The notes under the pieces were generated by a model. That model was not told the DNA's origin and did no database searches. It worked only from the letters and a program-made list of their open reading frames with translations. The position numbers and the translations under genes are program-made. A stretch of DNA of 64,000 bases from an uncultured Clostridia bacterium (GTDB taxonomy: Bacteria; Bacillota; Clostridia; Christensenellales; CAG-314): positions 1,891-65,890 of the forward strand of contig CANQND010000005.1 in NCBI GenBank assembly GCA_947625115.1. The letters run 5' to 3'. Of this stretch, positions 59,301 to 64,000 are shown one piece after another. Positions within the stretch are counted from its first letter, which is position 1. Every line of letters begins with the position of its first letter.

Positions 59301-62300
59301 GAGAAAGTTATCGTGGGGGCTTCCTGATCCACGCCCTGCGGCTTTGTTCCCTTGACCCAAGCCGCCATTTGCTCAAATGTGTAGTACCTCTTTGTGCGGC
59401 GGTCGTAAACGCCCGGGGCAAAAGTGAGGTCGTCAAAGAGATAGTACTCCATATTGGCGGCGGAGTCTATCAAGGGGTTGACGCTGGTGTTGGCAGTGTT
59501 GTCGAACAGCAAAATGTCGCTATCGCTGAACGCCGAACCGCGATATGTCAAATTGGCTTGCGCCGCTTCGGTCAACTGCACTTCTGCCGTAGTCGGCTTG
59601 ACGTAGATGTTGATCTTGGTGTCGAAAGCGAAGTTGTTTGCCGCGTAATATACGCCCGTGGCGGCAAATTCTTCTTTTTCGGTTTCGCCCGCGCCCGTAT
59701 CCTCGATGTTGGCGGAGATGAATGTTACGGAGTACATTCCCGCGTGCATAACGCCGCCAACGTAGGTACCTACGCCTTGAATCTGCCCAGGTGCGCGGTG
59801 CAACGTCTGGTAACTTACGCCTGCGCCGCTGTGGGTGTTGAAATCGATGTCTTTGTTTTCTCCGAAAAACGCATTGGCGTAACGGAATTGCAACACATAA
59901 CCTGTAAATTCACTTTTGGGAATGGCGTGGTATACCTTTGTTTGCGAATCGTACACTCTCAATATGCCGTTGTTTTTGAAGTCCGCACTAAGAATGGGAT
60001 AGTAGTACTGACCGCTGTACACAAAGTAGGATTGATTGCGTTCGTCGGCATAGCCTGGCGTACTGTTAGGTTGAATAAATCCGTCGCCCGACCAGTCTAT
60101 TCCGTGAACTTCGTCCGACCCGCCCTCATCGTCGATAGTACCGTTACCGTTCCAATCCACGCCAACGCCGTTTTGCTCAGTGTTCCAACCCAATTCGCTG
60201 ACGGGTCTGCCCTTGTAGTACAACTCACTGCTTGCTTCTACGCCCGTCTGATTGATCTTTATTTTGAAACTCGGGTTGTCGTAACGAGTACCGTTCGCCA
60301 AAAGGAAAGAGTATTCGCCCGCATAGGAAATACTGTTGTCCGTTGCCTTGATAGCATTTCGCGTCGCCGTACTACCTGATTTCTCATCGGGAAACGCACT
60401 CGCTCCGCCCTCTCCGTCAACGAAATCTCTGTCGCCGAGTTTGAAACGGAAGTTGGTTTCGGTAAACCCATTTTGAATAGTTCCGCTTGCGTCAATCGAC
60501 CAATCCTTGATCAGATCGCCTACATTATTCGGTTTGGCAGCATCGTATTTATGCGCCTCCACTTTCGTGACGCGCAACATACCGTACTCGCAAGTCAAGC
60601 CGCTGTAATTGTAGGAAATTCCGCCTGCCTCGCTGTAATCTTTGCTGTTTGCCTCATCTGCATTGATAGTTATTGCTTGGTCCTTTCCGCTTTTGTCCGT
60701 TCCCGTACCCGTAATGACCCAAACGATTTTTGTTGTCGCCGTTATATTCTTGGTGGTCAGTTCTCCTTCTCCCGAACTGTTGATTACTTGGTACTTTGAG
60801 TTATCCGAGGAGAAATAGACAAAGGCGTCCCGGTCGGGATTTGCTGTGGAATATCCCGAGGTGAACACAAGGTCGTCGCCGCTATCACCGACGGTAACGC
60901 CCACGTTTGCCACAATACCGTTGGCAAACAAAGCACCGCCGATACCAATCTTGGAATAACCGGTAAAGTTCGTTCCCAATGTGTCACCCACCAGACCGGG
61001 CAAAAATCCACTTGCTACAAAACCGTATCCGAGGTGTACGTTATCGACATTACTGCCTGCCTTGTTGTTGTAAATTTGCAAAGAACCGCGAAATTTGAAC
61101 GCGTGATTGGTAACGCCATCTGTCGTTCTCCAATATTGGTCTACCGCGCCCACTGCGGGGCTGACAAACACGCCGCCGCCGCCGAGAGAATAGGAATATG
61201 ATGGATAGTCACTATCTTTTGCTGTTCCCGTATTGACGGCCTCGTTGTCCGAAATTGTGACGCTATCCAAAATACCGAGCGTGTTGCCCGCCAAAGCAAT
61301 GCCGCCGCCGCAACCTGTATATGACGGCTTTTTACCATCGAATGAAACTGCGTCGCTTGTTGACGCCGCCTTGTTGTGAACAATCTCGCCACCGTGGAAA
61401 TTGCCGTAGCTGCTTTCCGCGAGGTTTACCGCGCCGCCACAGCCGTTTGCCGCCAAGTTGTACGCCAAAACGCCGCCGTACATGGTAAAAGGACAACCCG
61501 AGCCGCTACCGAGGTTGGTAACGCCGCCGCTATTGGCTTGGTTGTCGAGAACGTAGCCGTCGTAGACGGTGACAGCCGCTTTGGAACGCTGGTAAAATGC
61601 ACCGCCAGCGCCACCGCCGTTTACATTGTTGCTGACGGTACCGCTATGCACAACAAGATCCGCCCACATTGAAAGGTTAAAACCGCCGCCAAGATTTTGC
61701 AAATTGATTTGAAAAGCAGACGGTAAATTTAGTTTGTTGCTACTGCTTGTGTATCCGCCTGTAATTGTGCCTTTGTGATTGGAAATATGAACGTTTTTGT
61801 CGTCGCTTTTGTATCCTGCCGTTGCGGCCAAGTCTTTGTCCGCGCCGTCTTTCGTTTCGATACGAGCAGAAGAGGCGTTTTCGTATGCCGTGCTGTCCAT
61901 GATCTCCAAACGGGCTTCGGAGCTGATGTGGAACACAGAACCGTAGTAGTTTGCCAAACTCGGGTTCAATGCACGGTCGATGGTGTGTCCGTTGAGGTCC
62001 AACACAATGTACACGCCCGTGGGGACGTTGATACGTCCAAAGGAGAATGCGCAATTGTCGTTGAATACTTTATGGTCGCCGCTGTCATAGTCACAGCTGT
62101 TGCTTGCGATATCCACCGAAACAATGTATTGACCGTTTTTGCCTATACGGGTATACCCCGATGTTGCTAAGGGAAGATATGTGTCACCGCCGAAAACGCT
62201 TGCGGTGTTTTTGTCTTGAAGAATGTAGTTGAATGAAGTAGTTGTAAAATTGTCCCCGTCTGCACCTACCCCAATATAGTCGGTTCCGTCAATCACGGAA

Positions 62301-63118
62301 CCCGCAAGCGGCGCAGTTGTAGTGACTTCTTTCGCCGTCCAATCCGTTTGCAGACGGACTGTTATGTACTGCCCGAGAACCTGCTGTCCGTTTACCGTTT
62401 CGTTTTTGATGAAAAAGTTGCCTTGGTACTTATTGCGTGTGTCTGTGTTTGTTCCGACGCGGAAACCTGCGTGATTTTCACCTTTTGCACTAGTGCCGCC
62501 GCAATCATTGGTTGTAGACGTTCCAGCCAAAGACGGGTCCGCAATAGCGGTAGGCTCGCCGAGAGATTGCGCAAAAGCAACGGCGTCCGCCCACACCTTG
62601 GCTGCCGTATCCGAATCGGTGATATTGAACACAACGTCGTTGCCCCTTTTCAGGTTGTACTGCGTTGCAAGCGCGTTGAGCTTGGATTTATTTGTATCTC
62701 CCGCTAAAACTTCTTCTCCCGTAAAAACGTACGAGGGAGATTTTTCCAAAATAACGTCGTTGGTGCCGTCAACATTTGCGCGCCACACTTTGTGTTGATT
62801 AGTGAAAGTGTCGCCGACGCCGCCCTCTTTTGCAGTCAGGCACTTGCCAAAAGCCCACTTCGGGTGCAAACCGATGTTGTTGTTAAGAATGTTGTCGAAT
62901 GCCACACTGTCGGCGGCGAGTACGGACGTACCGTCCGAAACGCCCAGCAAACTTGCCATTAGCAATGCCGCCGTCATTACAAGCGCGGCAAGCGTTATCA
63001 AACGTTTACGCTTGTGCGCAAAGGACTTGCTTTGCGTAGCAGCCGCGGCGGAATGTTGGTAAGACGTCCGCGCGGTTTCGTTATCCTTTCGGTTTTGCAA
63101 AGATATTCTCATTTTCAA
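44324..63118 (-). CDS. Giant (6264 aa) surface adhesin-like protein: signal peptide, beta-helix-like head, MBG/YDG-type stalk repeats, Cys/His repeats, C-terminal TM anchor
   Basis: Uninterrupted 18.8-kb ORF (ATG 63112 is an alternative start). GGG/GGA-N-rich N-terminal region, many NAG.Y and KVYDG repeats, ~20 CxxC/GH.W repeats, TM plus RKNKKK tail. Confidence 0.9.
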   Translation of the reverse strand: MKMRISLQNRKDNETARTSYQHSAAAATQSKSFAHKRKRLITLAALVMTAALLMASLLGVSDGTSVLAADSVAFDNILNNNIGLHPKWAFGKCLTAKEGGVGDTFTNQHKVWRANVDGTNDVILEKSPSYVFTGEEVLAGDTNKSKLNALATQYNLKRGNDVVFNITDSDTAAKVWADAVAFAQSLGEPTAIADPSLAGTSTTNDCGGTSAKGENHAGFRVGTNTDTRNKYQGNFFIKNETVNGQQVLGQYITVRLQTDWTAKEVTTTAPLAGSVIDGTDYIGVGADGDNFTTTSFNYILQDKNTASVFGGDTYLPLATSGYTRIGKNGQYIVSVDIASNSCDYDSGDHKVFNDNCAFSFGRINVPTGVYIVLDLNGHTIDRALNPSLANYYGSVFHISSEARLEIMDSTAYENASSARIETKDGADKDLAATAGYKSDDKNVHISNHKGTITGGYTSSSNKLNLPSAFQINLQNLGGGFNLSMWADLVVHSGTVSNNVNGGGAGGAFYQRSKAAVTVYDGYVLDNQANSGGVTNLGSGSGCPFTMYGGVLAYNLAANGCGGAVNLAESSYGNFHGGEIVHNKAASTSDAVSFDGKKPSYTGCGGGIALAGNTLGILDSVTISDNEAVNTGTAKDSDYPSYSYSLGGGGVFVSPAVGAVDQYWRTTDGVTNHAFKFRGSLQIYNNKAGSNVDNVHLGYGFVASGFLPGLVGDTLGTNFTGYSKIGIGGALFANGIVANVGVTVGDSGDDLVFTSGYSTANPDRDAFVYFSSDNSKYQVINSSGEGELTTKNITATTKIVWVITGTGTDKSGKDQAITINADEANSKDYSEAGGISYNYSGLTCEYGMLRVTKVEAHKYDAAKPNNVGDLIKDWSIDASGTIQNGFTETNFRFKLGDRDFVDGEGGASAFPDEKSGSTATRNAIKATDNSISYAGEYSFLLANGTRYDNPSFKIKINQTGVEASSELYYKGRPVSELGWNTEQNGVGVDWNGNGTIDDEGGSDEVHGIDWSGDGFIQPNSTPGYADERNQSYFVYSGQYYYPILSADFKNNGILRVYDSQTKVYHAIPKSEFTGYVLQFRYANAFFGENKDIDFNTHSGAGVSYQTLHRAPGQIQGVGTYVGGVMHAGMYSVTFISANIEDTGAGETEKEEFAATGVYYAANNFAFDTKINIYVKPTTAEVQLTEAAQANLTYRGSAFSDSDILLFDNTANTSVNPLIDSAANMEYYLFDDLTFAPGVYDRRTKRYYTFEQMAAWVKGTKPQGVDQEAPTITFSGGEKFTTFENYEFPAKREEFDKDYKREYAYDTDAYLVYILDTQSAGNNLDYLHRVDGGPVNARHYVVVITLDLDADYTDYDYVFDQDSAQLVGLSNRTNGDTSGKTTYFWAFEFTVDPAVVTPYDFDVETPAPEANTSVTVSRHVTYNGLGQFQLPQLSFNAGVARQLVGSAAKVDGNKVDFNAAAKKIYANSALQYNDNFDFVVRYKIAEYGFDEETADVEKKTLDYKNVTVGADKQPTKLVARIYIPAWKENGVLTGATGNYTFDATVTNSDDFGTYYEITWEIDPVTVTLSLTVSYAYDGTSREDDYVPWEGEWQEGRDPDIRSGKVGYGVGGIWAARPGYPSHAEGFVFPFNILKDGKPVNLDNVGPEVGVGKNKYTISNAVYTFSDEAFLSNNVTFGGGVYTFDTGNADVGNYALSTLTSLSDDTTLVTHQNTAKLAINAGVVWIVAFDDNNGKPAEKGARPLYSSQGFNGSANTDGQYGNFVVNTTSSLSVNITPKDISEDNVFATDIQQTAAGKTLDGYDVDAQGYIPVQYGADSSTQQTTEAVSQLATFPYAGNSYVYRPLVKVAYYHYGVQGSTSDKESSRIEQLDGDDYSLDWADNNTVSNTGDHWTFAQVLVTGKNNYTGSLSVSFRIRPARIKISHVSHDVSSSFTGYDFNGDSDTTYCGYYFDRAAHQLQLSFENVEDYTVYGDILRTVRGETVSSVTKPVITIAEVTYGYTSKAVFDAIAYAKDGTGYFDERGNVKADKMDDLKALYTEIAPVDADVYYVAIALSNENYEFQADNDAFPLIKGADYGVSSNNLARGTFEIKPAEVSAKVTNPSETYNRLAHNANLSFTNSRDANVVPTLDQNEFSVTYSCGAQSGLAAVTDAGKYLGKINVNAHDWINQSALTAEHLTPEQQEKIAALSKPVNFVWTEGGEFDFEITAAEIVLNGFANGVYNAATQTAAIVFANNERNNDAVPVLKGALAGVLADEYTVTYGGAGLDGGFPKNAGTYTVTVSLANGAASNSNNVPNFKFVSADGTTVTADGNSVSANFTIDPATVSMQVSSSSINFDGKAHVPVFGGSNDEISFSFINTVNESVLPVAADFSVSYKYTPRGGSETSVEAANCIHVGSYVATVTLNNQNFIFGYTWGVDGVQEPNRDGTVSYTIMPRLLTLNDLHFVHNKVADVTPTVDDSKGTLDNTPYTGNSTKPTLKVVIAKGMVTDNLELTQDTNYTYMATADVNVGEVTLTVTGIDDYTGTLTITYHIDPAKVSVAVKGDASTTYNGYNQMMEFTFTNLDGNDVVPVWYNSDLTDYTVTYVHQASGDLHFATVTNRQGGPVHAGTYNVTVTVTDGNFQLTGNAKFTFTINKATLTLADFSSVVYNAEEQPVSGLIFNSDGFANRTLLPQADDYTITYDKDGDSSTPVNAGKYNVTVTLKNKDTATGTDVSADNAGRFCANDFEFAGATNNITKEYEITQAQVAANLGVTIQDWSDDGTKYQAGSTYAGNTYTNRYTGTQHTLLVNFVATGGGVTPKGEHESGTWKIVGNKATVTYDNYTVTIEFTASADGKFNDTTRVQAAGTYTLTIALNAAIDGNFDLINGTEFVYTITPATIVGSVDSISSSYDPDNNYKVETPDASNFSSELQKTYRFSGYVFNPTVKITSVTGVVADEGGNYKLSQVGTYTVYYTVTATDHNPLSGSFTVTVSNTSIYIDISRAAAITKVYGISDSDLLTAFWELVKTCNITTTSKDHPLNDTDQAVDWLQKHVTVSFQGESRSTAKLLEVGSYRVNLSATRTEDAGVSVQFRYNRGRDSVTSQIALVTITPKLVTASGATFSEKVYDGNAAAIVSSVGSFGVDEIVESDNVTLSASGVYNSANVSEASQITVTYTMGGADANNYTFDNKNGVSVKTTTATVADQKITPKSATVHWTDKSFTYSGKTPNFDLTKLAYYLTVDNKQVYLVVYVQGKGDASTFVNNGEYTLEVGSQQYGESGAAEAFSSNYTLENNTHNYTINKATITVSGMKVTSKVYNGTDECPIGNVTGSIFAGLFDEETPTLLKAVFDGVTAGGHNVTVYIRLPSDNYTLSGSREVVSGSVEGVKGDNLCSVTVFGTIDRKQLTVKGGFTVEDKVYDGNPTALVKYDDDKSTAVTGSTNLSGLVGSDDVKVTVTARFASANVLYSGAAVAPYTYKGQKSDAADRLELTFVLFGSDSGNYVLTAEPYSGETAVSATITRRTLNVSMTADSRTYNGKDDATVHVTLSGFISGEDNYLTTDTSDIVAHFNNKNVGQSKTVTAKITYAVVGDAAEHAGASKNYYFEATSLVASANVTPIVLDVSVKATFTDDREYDGTQNATPNNLEAIREAVLAKKIDGDTVNLNVTGVYNSKDVATADKITVTYTLTGADAGNYTLVDNHNTTVTTKWEDPEKTTGQILPKKVNVQWSDQEFTYSGKDHKFDLTKLAYYTTIDIDGGARVYLQVASYDKDGGSATDFVNAGEYMLKLVQADSKYQQYSDSVAGALDSNYELQGTLSHNYTIKQAEVTLTVTVPSKVYDGKDTCDKNKVVVSGKSGLFDGDLETVIKAVFKNVVVGRQNVEVYIELGANYRLGGDANPAEGEYDGRNVYVVTTTAEITKATLTIKGGFTVEDKVYDGNTTALVKYTNTDVTAVTGLTNLSGLVGSDDVKVTVTARFASANVLYSGAAVAPYTYKGQKSDAADRLELTFVLFGSDSGNYELDVENPYTGDPVSATITRRTLTPSMAASDKEYNGDDIADIEIKLNGFIQGEDGYLTVDLTGIEAHFDSKNVGQNKSVTVFFTYAIVKDEVKHEGASKNYYFEDTSLVASADVTPIVLEIGTKATFTDRKYDGTQNATPNNLEAIRKAVLSGIIHDDEVSLDVTGEYNTKNVATANNITVTYTLTGADAGNYTLVDNGGTKVTTKWTDPNKTAGKILPKQVELHWNDQEFTYRGQTPNFDLTKLAYYTTIDNDGSRTVYLKVATYDQDGTATKAFVDAGTYTFKLADESGYIEYLAGGGEVAFNSNYAFVEATTHNYTINQAEVTLTVAVLSKVYDGTDLCENNNVSISGRSGLFDGDLETVIKAVFKGVAVGRQNVDVYIKLGVNYRLGGDANLDTGEYDGQNVYVVTVASEITSKEVSVEWTIDGGSLVYNGTDQLGSIHASWEDVGGDKNTLGFKITTFNDAPYDLTTALHAGVYKVVADELDPEFAANYKLVNTEFSFTINKAKVKVVGIKVLNKEFDNNIIATVDISGVKFEIENKAELAVNELGLYGTDSLNVLASGVFDEPDIRKDHVVTVNVTLYGASVADYELADGQAVQTFENVEISSRVWIVDTNYGDEGSGWRWTKKGNTYEVELGIMQESNNAIKDVIKMAGESGVGGIVLTAHTKTDATCTTDGEIYFTATATYGSTTFSYEPGVRNYSEKTAIVPAFGHTWVLDTSKGTDGWTWSHDGGHTAQVHIVCETCGTEHALSATVDSPRYSAECTRDVYVTYTAIVRIYVQSQGDPFTVNDTIEGETQHTYTSSDVVTVPYTGHDWRIDTTDAADSDGDGWTWSEDFTRATVHFICNNCGEQHSTYTTSSIVNIPVGCENDGMDEATVTVTREAIVALLQRTDRDTFVFILDESLTARRTFNVVLATGHNWGEPVWNWQIEADGYSATATFECGNCHNKQDVVATVTNVIQPATCTEDGKQTYTATATPPVSKAGDPAPAAVSEDKVIAIPATGHHWYADASVNGNGWTWQEDGSGATLSLKCDCGETLLLTAETSMLNKQDVTCTEDGYTTYKGTLSESVARTQPNVTEKDVFDGVVWESTVQLQHIDALGHSWVVDVDYADSDNGWSWSQDGDGKWSAVLHLVCEHDGEHTMNVNAKVVAGEKTYPDCVSDGTITYTASVNLVNDDVNAYNVSAEEQTSQHVETIAPRGHSWVLDTDYTDSTRGWNWYDAANSVVAHFECEHDCGTALDVTVTTDNEATYTVSDRHGDVSLTVEVSGSIEVTKRDGTCTVGGGETRKVTINLEGSTFSNEHIVEERSPLGHSWVADTVTDESWQEGWEWTYSDGEWHATLHLRCERCGELLSFDGTVVAGTRKDPTCTAEGSQDYTAVAAVTVEFDGTNRSSFTETLPATGHKFVNEPDWVWNVDDSHYTVTATFTCSQCEATLTVVADTVGIVSQTLTLGDSAPSDYDVSGKIVVEAESTASCTEEGVVSLSVLLQVEGNSFSTSYRQENAVLGHVFDGEPEHHNVDGRHFHTYTCTRCGEGKLEEDCTFDEVVTEPTCEDDGYTTFTCARCGYSYTESGASATGHDYYVVWGEWNSETHTVEAELKCRKCEFSYKPEVTVTAEMLSPACEEDGERTYKASFVYDGTTYENENVLTETVPATGHNWTLDVSEGKSGWTWERDPASDKWTAKAHFKCTNDGCDEKQTLEADVNVKSQPATCTSDRLDILDARVSLDGVVYTASYTEYIEGTKTDHVFDRYVHVEEGGVHKHEIRCSICNELQKTEECTFETDKSDPTCTSGGYTRQKCTECGYVLSGSEKYFDAKGHAWTVNADAVEDTDGTADGWLWQLNEDGSYTVTVYLVCPDCGLEDSAVASVDSRVTVAPTCELQGTRVYTAVASKDGKEFTAELSADIPVDLDAHVWELDTDYPDSENGWIWTETDGKWTATAHFVCKNGCEATRSETDEEPDEVRTGEGSCTNPHTIVYTAEVVVDGQSYISTKVDYVAAESHNWIVDTSLGDDGWSWVGDPENGYTSASVHLKCTKCNDVQTVPTVITTNTIPATCQEGAYIVYTAYATLDGSPFYQSKQGARGEPSETHSWTVWTETKTPDCTNKGEEQRTCTVCGKTETRDIPARGHVWSEWTIDPNGKTESRHCQNCDVIETKVIGGDHLHVWSEEPTWQWSDDHSAATATFTCSICGNREIVDATVTSEDKGDYTTFTAMVEFEGETYSIKIDIANAAPSDNTDYGDFGPAVVYIFGQIIILIVAAIVLNRKNKKK
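49900..52975 (-). repeat. Intragenic tandem duplication, period ~1545-1548 bp
   Basis: Near-identical blocks at 51139-51326 vs 52687-52874 and 49922- vs 51467-; a more diverged partial copy lies at ~53000-53830. Confidence 0.9.
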
Positions 63119-63334
63119 GTTCTCCCAAAAAATGAATACATTTTGCCGTCACCTTTCTCTTTTGTGAAAAATGATCGACATTGCGCGATATGGGGCGGCA
63201 AATAACAAAACATTGCGCTACCGTGTCGCGATTTTAGCAAATAATCAAGTGCCGACTGCAATTTTGCTTACCCATATGCAAATTTAGTTACCGCAAAAGG
63301 GTAAAATTACAGCATATTTTGATTATTCTACCTC

Positions 63335-63365
63335 AATATACCCCCCCCCCATTTTCGTTTGTCAA
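63335..63365 (-). promoter_or_regulatory. sigmaA-type promoter with G10 tract in the spacer (phase-variable candidate)
   Basis: TTGACA-AACGAAAAT-GGGGGGGGGG-TATATT, 19-bp spacer. Confidence 0.7.
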
Positions 63366-63457
63366 GGGTTTTGGCGACGGTTTTGCCCGATATGCAAAAT
63401 CCTAACCATTTCCTAACCATCTTTTGGCATTTTGAACGGTTTTTTCGCATACGTGTA

Positions 63458-63493
63458 CAAAAAACCCGCCCCTTTTGCGTAAAGGACGGGTTG
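63458..63493 (-). terminator. Intrinsic terminator
   Basis: AACCCGTCCTTT/AAAAGGGGCGGGTT followed by a T tract, downstream of the last ORF. Confidence 0.75.
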
Positions 63494-63516
63494 ACCGATT
63501 GTTGGTAAAAATGTTG

Positions 63517-63999
63517 TCAGTTGTTGAGTTTGCGCCTGCGCGAAATTGCCATCGCCGCCCAGACGAACAGGACGATTTGCACCGCCATAAGCCCGATTGC
63601 TCCGCCCAGATCCACTTCGGCATTGCCTGTAACGCCGCCGCTTGTACCGGGCTGTTGCTGTTCGGGCAAGAGATCTTCCGTCCGCGAGCTGTACGCCTTG
63701 CCGAGGAAGTGTACTGTGGCAATATGGACGACCCTGTCTTCCAACGTCTGATTGGAAATGCTTTGCGTTTCTTCGGAGTGCTGTTCGCCGCAGACCGTGC
63801 AAGTAAACGTGGCAACGGCTTTGGTGTAGCCTATGCTCCATTGCCACAGCGGACGCCCCCACACGTGTACGTGATCGCCGCCCGAGCTTCCTTGCCCGCC
63901 CGCTATTTCGTTGTCGCCAAGCACGCGGCAGGCGTAGCCGCCGCTTGTTCCACTTTCGGCGTATGCCGCCGTTGAAAAGATTGCGTCGCACGCGATTGC
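63517..63999 (-). CDS. Surface protein paralogous to the giant protein's C-terminus, partial (5' end outside window)
   Basis: Frame is open to the window edge (AIACDAIFSTAAYAES, resembling a signal-peptide end). One GGDHVHVW...WQWS...ATFTCTVCG repeat; TM plus RRRK tail. Confidence 0.75.
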   Translation of the reverse strand, partial: AIACDAIFSTAAYAESGTSGGYACRVLGDNEIAGGQGSSGGDHVHVWGRPLWQWSIGYTKAVATFTCTVCGEQHSEETQSISNQTLEDRVVHIATVHFLGKAYSSRTEDLLPEQQQPGTSGGVTGNAEVDLGGAIGLMAVQIVLFVWAAMAISRRRKLNN

Positions 64000-64000
64000 G

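Noticed and set aside
63120-63460. Invertible promoter (inverton) upstream of the giant gene
   Set aside because: No convincing flanking inverted repeats and no recombinase nearby; slippage of the G tract explains the region better.

Overview
Chromosomal window from a sporulating-type anaerobic Clostridia-class bacterium. The taxonomy is inferred from the gene content: a Spo0A C-terminal-domain protein, lipoproteins, class III RNR and sigmaA-type promoters. (1) 1-6220: the right end of an integrated filamentous-phage-like (inovirus-like) rolling-circle element next to the 3' end of tRNA-Ser(GGA). It carries membrane/secreted proteins, a TM-less Zot/pI-type ATPase, a two-Tyr HUH Rep, visible sso-like and dso (CTTGATA-loop) origins, arm-type repeats, and an unannotated antisense structured RNA with its own promoter and terminator. 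(2) 6.8-17.6 kb: two large repeat-rich lipoproteins behind a leader with a premature terminator. (3) 18-42 kb: housekeeping genes (trpS, cysK, leuS, nnrD, trxB, nrdD fused to a glutaredoxin-like domain, M32 carboxypeptidase, P-type ATPase, tsaD, asnS), plus a catalytically degenerate MDR protein and a stand-alone anti-SD sRNA candidate. (4) 42.5-64 kb: a three-gene surface locus. A 6264-aa adhesin-like protein has a G10 tract inside its promoter spacer, a ~1.55-kb internal tandem duplication and ~20 Cys/His repeats. It shares a non-LPxTG C-terminal anchor motif with a small upstream paralog and is translationally coupled to a membrane-anchored Ig-domain protein. All calls come from reading the sequence by eye; no database searches were run.
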